Assembly (NCBI GenBank): GCA_016713785.1
Contig: JADJOM010000001.1
Coordinates: forward strand, 841,816 to 905,815
Length of the DNA stretch: 64,000 nucleotides
Source: Gemmatimonadota bacterium
GTDB taxonomy: Bacteria; Gemmatimonadota; Gemmatimonadetes; Gemmatimonadales; GWC2-71-9
Direction: 5' to 3'
The notes beneath the pieces are model-generated. The model worked only from the letters and a program-made list of their open reading frames with translations. It was not told the DNA's origin and did not search any database. Shown here in pieces: positions 17,953 to 25,891 of this stretch. Position numbers and translations under genes: made by a program. Position 1 is the first letter of the stretch; every line of letters begins with the position of its first letter.

Positions 17953-18647
17953 GCCCCGCCAGGCGGACGCCGGCGAAGCCGCCCCGCTCCAAGCCGGCGC
18001 CCCGCCGCGGCGCGGCGCCGCCCGCGGAGCGGATCTCTCCAGTCCTGGCCCGGCTCAAGGCGGCCTACCCGGATGCGCACTGCGCGCTCGACCACGCCGA
18101 CGCCTACCAGCTGCTGGTCGCCACGATCCTGAGCGCCCAGTGCACCGACGCCCGCGTGAACCTGGTGACGCCGGCGATCTTTGCGCGCTTCCCCGGCCCG
18201 GCCCAGCTGGCCCGCGCCCGTCAGGCCGACGTCGAGGCGCTGGTGCAGTCCACCGGGTTCTTCCGCAACAAGGCGAAGAACCTGATCGCGATGGCCCAGG
18301 CGGTCATGCTGGAGCACGGCGGCGAGATCCCGCGGACCATGGCCGCGCTGCATGCGCTGCCCGGCGTGGGGCGCAAGACCGCCAACGTGGTGCTCGGCAA
18401 CGCCTTCGGGCTGAACGAGGGGGTCACCGTCGACACCCACGTGACCCGCCTCGCGGGCCTGCTCCGGCTCACCCGGCACACCGACCCCGTGAAGATCGAG
18501 CAGGACCTCATGCGGCTGGTGCCGCGCGAGGACTGGACGCTCGTCTCCCACCTGCTGATCCTGCATGGTCGCGCCGCGTGCATCGCGCGGCGGCCGCAGT
18601 GCGATGGCTGCGTCCTCCGGGAGCTGTGCCCCGGGGCCACACGCTAG
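17949..18647 (+). CDS. nth: endonuclease III (DNA-(apurinic/apyrimidinic site) lyase)
   Basis: GTG 17949 overlaps the polX TGA. LLVATILSAQCTDARVN, HhH LPGVGRKTANVVLG, VDTHV, 4Fe-4S ligands CIARRPQCDGCVLRELC. Confidence 0.9.
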   Translation: MSPARRTPAKPPRSKPAPRRGAAPPAERISPVLARLKAAYPDAHCALDHADAYQLLVATILSAQCTDARVNLVTPAIFARFPGPAQLARARQADVEALVQSTGFFRNKAKNLIAMAQAVMLEHGGEIPRTMAALHALPGVGRKTANVVLGNAFGLNEGVTVDTHVTRLAGLLRLTRHTDPVKIEQDLMRLVPREDWTLVSHLLILHGRAACIARRPQCDGCVLRELCPGATR

Positions 18648-18659
18648 CGGCCGCGCGCC

Positions 18660-19088
18660 TCAGCGACCGGTCAGGATCGTGCTGGCCATGCGCTGGAGCG
18701 CGTCCGCCATCTCACCGTCGCACTTGGCCGTCGGCTGGCCATCCTTCCCCTTCGGCACCGCGTAGAGCGCCTCGGAGGCCACCGTCGACTCCCCGGCACT
18801 GCCGCTCACCCGGTAGGTGACGTGGAGGCGGCAGGAGAGCGGATCGGCCTCGAGCGTACCAGGCTTGGGATGGCGCACGCCGTAGATGAGGCCGTTGATG
18901 GAGTCCTGCACTTCAAAGGAGAACACCTCCGCGGTCATGGCCCGCTTGGCGCGCACCCAGGCGGAGTCCTTCCCGACCGGGACGACGCTGCTGGCCTGGG
19001 CGCTGGGGCCCGCCATGAGCCCGGTGCAGGCCGGGAGCAGGGCGCAGGCAGTGGCCAGGGCAAAGGACGCGCGGAACAGGGAACGCAT
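18660..19088 (-). CDS. hypothetical lipoprotein
   Basis: Signal/lipobox ATACALLPAC-T. 142 aa. Convergent with nth. No family recognised. Confidence 0.6.
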   Translation of the reverse strand: MRSLFRASFALATACALLPACTGLMAGPSAQASSVVPVGKDSAWVRAKRAMTAEVFSFEVQDSINGLIYGVRHPKPGTLEADPLSCRLHVTYRVSGSAGESTVASEALYAVPKGKDGQPTAKCDGEMADALQRMASTILTGR

Positions 19089-19175
19089 ACGGGGGCCTCG
19101 GGTCTGGGGGATGGGGACAACGACACCTCAGGCTACCCGGGCCGAGTCACGATCCCGCCACGGAAACATCACAGT

Positions 19176-19688
19176 TCATTCGGGCACCGTGGTGGCGTAG
19201 ACCTCCTCGCCGGTCTTCCGGAACCCGCGCCGCAGGTAGTTGGGAAGCGCGCCCGGATGGTCGAGGGTGCAGGTGTGCAGCCAGACCCGCGCCGCGCCCG
19301 CTCGCCACGCCTCCTGCACCGCGCGGGTCAGGAGGTACTTGCCGAGCCCGCGCCCCTGGTACTCCGGCAGCACGCCGAAGTAGGCGATCTCCACCGCCCC
19401 GTCCTCCGGCCCACGCAACTCGAAGAACCCCGCCGGCGCGCCCGCCACCGCCAGCAGCCAGATCGCGCTCGGCCCCGCGAGCCAGGCCCGGAACTGGGCC
19501 TCAGTCCAGGGGAGCCGGTCCCGCCAGTGGTACAGCCTTCCGACCTCGACATAGAGATAGCGGTAGAAGTGCCAGGGGCAGTCGGCGACCCGCTCCAGCC
19601 GCACCTCCGGCCCCGCCGAGCCCTCGTCCCGCAGGTCGGCGGGCGAGGTCATCTCGAGGTAGGTCCGCACCACGTCGATGGTTGGCAT
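19176..19688 (-). CDS. GNAT-family N-acetyltransferase
   Basis: Start at ATG 19688 (MPTIDVVRTYLEM), inside ORF 19176..20021. Acetyl-CoA motif A VLPEYQGRGLGKYLL. NYLRRGF near the C-terminus. Confidence 0.8.
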   Translation of the reverse strand: MPTIDVVRTYLEMTSPADLRDEGSAGPEVRLERVADCPWHFYRYLYVEVGRLYHWRDRLPWTEAQFRAWLAGPSAIWLLAVAGAPAGFFELRGPEDGAVEIAYFGVLPEYQGRGLGKYLLTRAVQEAWRAGAARVWLHTCTLDHPGALPNYLRRGFRKTGEEVYATTVPE

Positions 19689-19800
19689 GCCTGTACGATA
19701 GGACGGCCGGCCCGGCCGACCAAGGCCGCGCCGCTCCCGCCGTGCAAATCCCGGCCCCCGGCGCATCCCCTCGCCGTCTCCACAGGCCAATGAGGGTCCC

Positions 19801-21981
19801 ATGCATCGCACGCTCCTGGGCGCCGTCGCGCTCCTGTTGTCCGCCGCCCCCGTCGCGGCGCAGGGCTGGATCGAAGTCGACCGCCCCCGCACCACCGTTC
19901 CCGTGTCGCCATCCATCGTCCGCGTCGGCTCCGAGGTCCGCACCGTCATCGAGGGGCGGATTGCGCGCGTCGAGGTGGAGGAGCGGTTCCGCAACACCGG
20001 CGGCGGCCTCGCGGAAGGCACCTACCTGTACCCACTCCCCGGGGAGGCGGTGTTCCAGAACTTCTCGCTCTGGATGGGGGAACAGGAGATGAAGGGCGAG
20101 ATGATGAACGCCGAACAGGCTCGCGGGATCTATGAGGAGATCGTGCGGCGGCAGAAGGACCCGGCGCTGCTCACCCTCGCCGGCCACGGCCTGGTGCGGG
20201 CGCAGGTATTCCCCATTCAGCCGGGCGAGACCCGCAAGGTGGTGCTCCGCTACACCCAGCTGCTCGACCGCGCCGGCGACGCGCTGCGCGTCCGCTACGC
20301 CCTGGGTGTCCGTGGCGGCGAGGGCGGCACCTGGCGCCTCACCAGCCGCGGGGAGGACACCTACGGCACCCCCTACTCACCGACCCATGCCCTCACCGTC
20401 CGCCGGGAGCGCGGGACCCTCGAGGTGAACGTGGATACCCATGGCGGCGGCGACATCGAGCTGCTGCTCCCGCTCCGACGCGGACTGGTCGGCACCAGCG
20501 TGCTCACCAGCGCCCCCGGTGGCGAGGACGGGTACGCCATGCTGCTGCTGGCGCCGGCGGAAGCAGAGGAGGGCCCGGTCGTCCCGCGCGACGTCGCGTT
20601 CGTGGTGGATGTCTCCGGCTCGATGTCCGGCCAGAAGATGGACCAGGCCCGGGCTGCGCTGCGTCAGGCCCTCGGTACCCTGCGCGGCGGTGACCGCTTC
20701 CGCCTGGTGGCCTTCAGCTCCGGCGTGCGACACTTCCGCGACGGCTGGGCGCCGGTCACCCCCGAGGTGCTGGCCGAGGCGCGTGGGTTCATCGATGGCC
20801 TCAACGCGGATGGTGGCACCAACATCGCGGGCGCGCTCGATGCCGTGCTGGGCACCTCGGTGCCCGAGGGACGGCTGCCCCTGGTGCTCTTCATGACCGA
20901 CGGGATTCCCTCCGTGGGCGAGGAGCAGCCGGACCGCATCGCCGCGCTGGCGGCGAGCCGGGTGGGACGCGCCCGCCTCTTCACCGTGGGCGTGGGGACC
21001 GACGTCAACACCTACCTGCTCGACCGGCTGGCCAAGGAGGGGCATGGTGCCGCGGAGTACGTGGCGCCCGAGGCGGACGTCGAGGTGGCCATCGGAACGC
21101 TGATGAGCAAGCTGCGCCGCCCCGCGCTGGTGAACCTGCGCATCGTGGAGAGCCCGGTGGCCCTGCGCGAACTCTCCCCCGCGCAGCTGCCGGACCTGTT
21201 CTATGGCGAGGAACTGGTGATCTTCGGGCGCTACCGGGGCCAGGGGTCGGGCACCGTGGTCTTCGAGGGCGAGCGCAACGGGCGCCGCGAGCGCTTCACG
21301 GCCCAGGCCACCTTCCCCGCGACCGCCCACGAGAACGAGTTCATCCCGCGGCTCTGGGCCGCGCGCCGGATCGGCGACCTGAACCGCCAGCTTCGCCTGG
21401 AAGGCCAGTCCGACGCCCTCATCCGCGAGATCCGCGAACTCGGCCTGCGCTACGGCATCCTCACGGAGTACACCTCGTACCTGGTGCAGGAGCCGACCCT
21501 GGCCATGAACCAGCCCGGGACACCCGGCACGCGCCAGCCGCGCCGTGACGTCATGCCCATGGCCACCCCGGCCCCCGCCGCCCAGACCGGCGCGGCCTCG
21601 TTCGAGGCCGCCAAGGCCAGCGGACAGCTCTCCCGCGCCACCAGCCTCGCCGATGCCGAAGTGGCGGCGGATGCCCGCCTCAATACGCTGACTGGCGGCA
21701 GCCGCGAGGTGCGCCGGGCCGGCGGCCGGGTGTTCACCCGGACGGGGACCGTCTGGACGGACGTGGGCCACGGCGATAGCCTCCGGGTGCTCGACATCGC
21801 CCCCTACAGCGCCGCGTACTTTGCCCTGACCCGCGCGCTGCCCGAGCTGGCGCCCAGTCTTGGCGTCGGCGAGGAGCTGCTCATCGCGGGCCGGCGCGCC
21901 AGCCTCAAGGTCGCCGCGGGCGGCCGGACCACGATCAGCGATGCAGAACTCAAGGCGTTCGTGCGGGACTTCCGTGGATAA
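19801..21981 (+). CDS. secreted VIT domain + von Willebrand factor A (vWA) domain protein
   Basis: Signal peptide MHRTLLGAVALLLSAAPVAAQG. VIT-like region (ARVEVEERFRNTGGGLAEGTYLYPLPGEAVFQNFSLWMGEQEMKGEM...RRQKDPALL). vWA with MIDAS DxSxS (FVVDVSGSMSG) and TDGIPS. ~250-aa uncharacterised C-terminal region. Confidence 0.9.
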   Translation: MHRTLLGAVALLLSAAPVAAQGWIEVDRPRTTVPVSPSIVRVGSEVRTVIEGRIARVEVEERFRNTGGGLAEGTYLYPLPGEAVFQNFSLWMGEQEMKGEMMNAEQARGIYEEIVRRQKDPALLTLAGHGLVRAQVFPIQPGETRKVVLRYTQLLDRAGDALRVRYALGVRGGEGGTWRLTSRGEDTYGTPYSPTHALTVRRERGTLEVNVDTHGGGDIELLLPLRRGLVGTSVLTSAPGGEDGYAMLLLAPAEAEEGPVVPRDVAFVVDVSGSMSGQKMDQARAALRQALGTLRGGDRFRLVAFSSGVRHFRDGWAPVTPEVLAEARGFIDGLNADGGTNIAGALDAVLGTSVPEGRLPLVLFMTDGIPSVGEEQPDRIAALAASRVGRARLFTVGVGTDVNTYLLDRLAKEGHGAAEYVAPEADVEVAIGTLMSKLRRPALVNLRIVESPVALRELSPAQLPDLFYGEELVIFGRYRGQGSGTVVFEGERNGRRERFTAQATFPATAHENEFIPRLWAARRIGDLNRQLRLEGQSDALIREIRELGLRYGILTEYTSYLVQEPTLAMNQPGTPGTRQPRRDVMPMATPAPAAQTGAASFEAAKASGQLSRATSLADAEVAADARLNTLTGGSREVRRAGGRVFTRTGTVWTDVGHGDSLRVLDIAPYSAAYFALTRALPELAPSLGVGEELLIAGRRASLKVAAGGRTTISDAELKAFVRDFRG

Positions 21982-21984
21982 CCG

Positions 21985-22488
21985 ATGAGCCAGGTACCGA
22001 TCGAAGAGCTGTTCGCCCAGTTCCACCAGCCGCTCGTGCGGATGCTGTATCGCCGCACGGGCGACCAGGACCGGGCCGAGGACCTCGCGGCGGAGGTGTT
22101 CGCCCGCGCCCTCGCCTCCCCACCGGACAATCCGCGCCCCTGGCTGTTCGCGGTGGCGCTCAACCTGGTGCGGGACGATGGGCGCCGGGCGGTGCGCCAG
22201 GGACGGCGGCTGCAGCTGCTCAAGGGGGAGAGCGCGACCAGCGCCAGCCCCGCGGACGAGGACTACGAACGGACCCAGAAGACCCGGGCCGTCCAGGCCG
22301 CCCTGGCCGAGATGCGGGACCTCGATCGCGAGGTGCTGCTGCTCAAGGCCGAGGGCTTTGACTACGACGAGATCGCGGCCGCCACCGGCCTCGCCAAGGG
22401 CGCGATCGGCACCACGATCTGCCGCGCCCGCAAGCGGCTGGTGGAACTGGTCCGCGCGCAGGAGAAGGATCGCCATGTCGCATCTTGA
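21985..22488 (+). CDS. ECF RNA polymerase sigma factor
   Basis: ATG 3 nt after the VIT-vWA stop. Region 2 (DRAEDLAAEVFARAL, PWLFAVALNLVRD). Region 4 (REVLLLKAEGFDYDEIAAATGLAKGAIGTTICRARKRL). Confidence 0.85.
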   Translation: MSQVPIEELFAQFHQPLVRMLYRRTGDQDRAEDLAAEVFARALASPPDNPRPWLFAVALNLVRDDGRRAVRQGRRLQLLKGESATSASPADEDYERTQKTRAVQAALAEMRDLDREVLLLKAEGFDYDEIAAATGLAKGAIGTTICRARKRLVELVRAQEKDRHVAS

Positions 22489-23542
22489 TGAAGGCCAGCT
22501 GACCTGCCTGCTCGACGACGAGCTCACGGCCGACGAGCGCCGCGCCGCCGAGGCGCACCTCGGCGCGTGCGCGGAGTGCCGGCGGCTGTACGAGGAGATC
22601 CGGGCCTTCTCCGGCGAGGCCGATGCGCTGGTCACCGCCGTCGAGCTGCCCCGGCAGCCGGCCGCCCCGCCGGCGCGCTCCGCTCAGCCCACCACGGCCG
22701 GGACCTCCCGGACGCCGCTGCCGTGGCGATCACTCGCCTGGGCCGCGACGGTGATCCTGGCCATCGGGCTGGGCTACTCGATGCGGACCCGGCCGACGGG
22801 CATGGCCCAGAGCGACATCGGAACGGACAAGGGCGTGGCGGAGCGGGAGATCGCCCCGCCGGCCACCGCCCCGGTGCCTCCGGAGTCCGGCCCGCCGGCC
22901 GTGGGATTCACCCTGCCGCGGCCGGCCGACGCCCCCCCGCCGGCGGCGCCGGCGCAGGCGCGCTCGGAAGAGGCGGCTACTCCGGCGGCGACGCCGGCCC
23001 CGACCGCCCTGCGTCGCGACAACCGGCTCACGGAACTGGCGTCCGACGCAACGGCCCCCGTGGCAGGGGCCACCGGGAACCTGGACCGAACACCGGCCGT
23101 ATCGACCAAGCAGGCCCCCGCCGAGGCCCGGTCCATCGCCGCACCTGTTGTGGCGTTCCATCAGGTGGCCATGGAGGAGGCCGTGAGAACCCTCGGTGGG
23201 ACAATCCGTCTTCTGGATGGCCTCAAGCCCCAGCGGGTGCTCACCGGGCCGGGAACCCTGGTCCCCGGCGCCAGCGCCGACTTGCCGGTGGTTCGGGTGG
23301 TCTACGACGATCCCCCAGGCCGGGAGCTCTGGCTGGACCAACAGCGACTCCGGGTGGCCGAGGGGGTCCGGACGGGACTGACGGCAAGCGCGGCCCCCCT
23401 GCTGGTGGGGGACACCGTGGCAGCGCCCGCGGCCCAAGGCATGCAGAGTGTCCGGTGGATGGACCAAGCTGGTTTCAGACTTGCACTTACGGGATTTCTC
23501 CCGACCGACTCCCTGCGGGCACTCCTCCGGAGGGTCGAGTAG
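22475..23542 (+). CDS. anti-sigma factor (zf-HC2, single TM, Pro/Ala-rich linker, C-terminal periplasmic domain)
   Basis: ATG 22475 overlaps the sigma 3' end by 14 nt. AEAHLGACAECRRLYEEI. TM WRSLAWAATVILAIGLGYSM. C-terminal ~140 aa (VVRVVYDDPPGRELWLDQQRL...) resembles DUF4367-type anti-sigma sensor domains (tentative). Confidence 0.75.
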   Translation: MSHLDEGQLTCLLDDELTADERRAAEAHLGACAECRRLYEEIRAFSGEADALVTAVELPRQPAAPPARSAQPTTAGTSRTPLPWRSLAWAATVILAIGLGYSMRTRPTGMAQSDIGTDKGVAEREIAPPATAPVPPESGPPAVGFTLPRPADAPPPAAPAQARSEEAATPAATPAPTALRRDNRLTELASDATAPVAGATGNLDRTPAVSTKQAPAEARSIAAPVVAFHQVAMEEAVRTLGGTIRLLDGLKPQRVLTGPGTLVPGASADLPVVRVVYDDPPGRELWLDQQRLRVAEGVRTGLTASAAPLLVGDTVAAPAAQGMQSVRWMDQAGFRLALTGFLPTDSLRALLRRVE

Positions 23543-23579
23543 CGGGCGGCGGCTGGCCCCGGAAGGTAGATTCCACGGC

Positions 23580-24569
23580 ATGTTTCACCTGAACGACCGG
23601 CTCCTCGAGAAGCTCATCGACGGGAGCGCCAGCGGCTCCGACGTGCACCGCATCCGTAACCACACGGAGTCGTGCCGTGCGTGTGCCCGCCGGCTCGAGG
23701 AGTGGCGGGACAACTACCAGGAGCTCGACCAGCACTTTCCCGAGCTGGCCACCGAGAGCGGTCCCGCCGCCACGGTGACCCCCGGCGGCTTGGTGCTGAT
23801 GCCGTCGGTGGAGGAGCCGAGGCGGCGCTGGGAGCTGGAGCTCTCGACCCTGCTGTGGATCGCCACGGTGCTGATGGCGCTGCTGGTGGGATACGGCGCC
23901 AGTCGGCTGCGCCAGCCCAACGAAGGGATGGCCGTGGCCAATCGCGGGACGACCCAGGCCCCGCCCCCGGCCCCGCGCCCGCCCGCGGCGGGTCTCGCGG
24001 CCGGAGGCGCTGCGGCGGTGCCGCCGATAGAGCCCGTGCCGCAACCCACCGCGACCTCGACCCGCCCGAACCCCGTGCCAGCGGCCACGGCGTCCCCGAG
24101 CCGGCCCACCCCGCCGCGGGCCAGCCCGTCGTCGGCCCCCGCGAGCGCCCCAACCACCGAGCCCAAGCCGCTCACGGTCTCCCCCCGTTTTCGTGCGGTG
24201 GGCGCGCGTGAGGCGAGCCTGCGCCTCGGGGGGCGTCTGCGCATGGTGGCGGGGCTCGAGCCGGATCACATCGAGGTCGGACCCGCGACTGCGGTCCCAG
24301 GCGCGCAGGCCGGACTCGACGTGGTGCGCGTGGTCTACCGCACCGCCGACGGCGGCCGGATCCTGGTGGACCAGCAGCTGATCCCCGCCGACTCTTCCGG
24401 GTTCCGTCCGATCGACGACCCCACGCTCGAGAGCGGCGAGACGGCCTACGGCACCTCCCCGACCGGGGTCTCGGTGGCCACCTGGCTGGACGAGGAGGGC
24501 TATCGCATCTCGGTGGTGGCCCAGGCCCCCGTGGATTCCCTCAAGCGGCTGGTACAGCGGGTCGAGTAG
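23580..24569 (+). CDS. second anti-sigma-like factor, paralogue of 22475..23542, with no sigma gene of its own
   Basis: ATG 23580 (MFHLNDRLLEKLIDG). Cys/His motif HTESCRACARRLEEW. TM LSTLLWIATVLMALLVGYGA. Pro/Ala linker. C-terminal domain aligns with the upstream paralogue (VVRVVYRTADGGRILVDQQL..., ...VDSLKRLVQRVE vs ...TDSLRALLRRVE). Confidence 0.7.
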   Translation: MFHLNDRLLEKLIDGSASGSDVHRIRNHTESCRACARRLEEWRDNYQELDQHFPELATESGPAATVTPGGLVLMPSVEEPRRRWELELSTLLWIATVLMALLVGYGASRLRQPNEGMAVANRGTTQAPPPAPRPPAAGLAAGGAAAVPPIEPVPQPTATSTRPNPVPAATASPSRPTPPRASPSSAPASAPTTEPKPLTVSPRFRAVGAREASLRLGGRLRMVAGLEPDHIEVGPATAVPGAQAGLDVVRVVYRTADGGRILVDQQLIPADSSGFRPIDDPTLESGETAYGTSPTGVSVATWLDEEGYRISVVAQAPVDSLKRLVQRVE

Positions 24570-24666
24570 CCTCCGGCAGTGATCCGCGCCGCAATGTGAC
24601 ACCGGTTACGGCACGGCTCTCCCGGCCCACCCACCATTGGAGCCTCGCACCCCTACGAGGCCCCTC

Positions 24667-25218
24667 ATGCCGTCCCGTCACCTCCGGGCAGCCTGCCTGC
24701 TCGCCCTCCCGCTGTTGTCGCTCCCCGCCACCCTCGCCGCCCAGGGGGACATCCGTCTCGGCCTTGGCGCCGGGATCACCATGCCGCTGCGCAGCTACGG
24801 CGACGTGGTGGACAAGGGATGGATGGGCAACGCGAGCCTGACCTTCTTCCCGGCGGCCTCGGCCGCCCTCGGCTTCCGGCTCGATGGGTTCTACGGCCGC
24901 AACAGCCTGAGCGCGATCAGCGGGCGGCAGACCCAGGTGGGCGGCACCGCCAACCTCGTGCTGCAGTTCGGTGCCCGGCGGTCACCCAACCGGTTCTACG
25001 TCTTCGGCGGTGGGGGCTACGTGAAGACCACGAACTCGAGCCCCAACTTCGGCAAGCTGAGCGACACCAACCCCGCCCTCAACGGCGGCGCCGGGTTCAG
25101 CCTCGGAGCCCGGTCGCTGGCCCTGTTCGTGGAGGCGCGGTACATCAACGTGTACACCGACGGGGTCAAGCCCCAGTACGCCCCCCTCATGGCCGGCGTA
25201 ACCTTCGGCGGATTCTAG
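24667..25218 (+). CDS. small outer-membrane beta-barrel protein (OmpW/OmpA-barrel-like)
   Basis: ATG 24667 (MPSRHLRAACLLALPLLSLPATLAAQ); the track start at 24637 is a TTG. Alternating amphipathic strands. Terminal ...MAGVTFGGF with C-terminal Phe. Confidence 0.7.
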   Translation: MPSRHLRAACLLALPLLSLPATLAAQGDIRLGLGAGITMPLRSYGDVVDKGWMGNASLTFFPAASAALGFRLDGFYGRNSLSAISGRQTQVGGTANLVLQFGARRSPNRFYVFGGGGYVKTTNSSPNFGKLSDTNPALNGGAGFSLGARSLALFVEARYINVYTDGVKPQYAPLMAGVTFGGF

Positions 25219-25235
25219 CCGTACGCTAGTTTCCG

Positions 25236-25275
25236 CTGCCCGTCCGCCGGCCACGACGGCCGGATGCCCGGGCAG
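25236..25275 (+). terminator. compound GC hairpin between the two small barrel genes (possible attenuating terminator)
   Basis: CTGCCCG(25236-42)...CCGGCC-acgac-GGCCGG...CGGGCAG(25269-75). 7-bp and 6-bp stems with an internal loop. No U-tract. Confidence 0.35.
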
Positions 25276-25296
25276 ATCTCACAGAGGAGCAACACA

Positions 25297-25842
25297 ATGA
25301 AGCGTGTCGTACTCTCGATGGTAGCCGTCGCCCTGGCGGCCCAGGTGTCCTCCACCGCCCTCGAGGCACAGTCGAAGCTCTCCTTCGGCGCGGGGGGCGG
25401 CCTGACACTGCCGCTCGGCGATTTCAATGACGTCGCCAAGCTCGGCTGGCACGGCCTGGCCGTGATCGGTTATGCGCCATCGGCCTCACCGGTCGGCTTC
25501 CGTGGTGACTTCATGTACGCCCAGAACAGCATCGATGGCGCGGACGGCAAGACCAAGCTCGCCGGGGGCCTGGTGAACGTGACCTACGCCTTCCAGAGCA
25601 AGGGCTCGATCAAGCCGTACCTGATCGGTGGCCTGGGCCTCTTCAACGCGAAGGTCGACATCACCGGGTTCGGCTCGGACAGCGAGACCAAGCTGGCCGC
25701 GGGTGGCGGGCTCGGCCTCAAGTTCCGGGCGGGCTCGGACGCGAGCATCTTTGCCGAAAGCCGGTTCATCAACGTCTTCACCTCGGACAATTCAACCAAC
25801 TTCATTCCGCTGACGGTCGGCATCCAGTTCGGCACCAGGTAG
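25297..25842 (+). CDS. small outer-membrane beta-barrel protein, paralogue of 24667..25218
   Basis: ATG 25297 (MKRVVLSMVAVALAAQVSSTALEAQ), preceded by GAGGAG. Aligns with the upstream barrel (GAGGGLTLPLGDF.D..KLGW.G, ESRFINVFT vs EARYINVYT). Confidence 0.75.
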   Translation: MKRVVLSMVAVALAAQVSSTALEAQSKLSFGAGGGLTLPLGDFNDVAKLGWHGLAVIGYAPSASPVGFRGDFMYAQNSIDGADGKTKLAGGLVNVTYAFQSKGSIKPYLIGGLGLFNAKVDITGFGSDSETKLAAGGGLGLKFRAGSDASIFAESRFINVFTSDNSTNFIPLTVGIQFGTR

Positions 25843-25861
25843 GCCGCGCGCCGCACCTGGG

Positions 25862-25891
25862 CGAGGGGCGGGCCATCCGGCCCGCCCCTCG
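25862..25891. terminator. bidirectional intrinsic-terminator-like hairpin (13-bp perfect stem, 4-nt loop)
   Basis: CGAGGGGCGGGCC-atcc-GGCCCGCCCCTCG, read directly. Lies between the convergent stops at 25842 (+) and 25892 (-). Confidence 0.6.

Noticed and set aside
20377-22635. 752-aa minus-strand ORF
   Set aside because: It is antisense to the VIT-vWA and ECF sigma genes. Shadow ORF.
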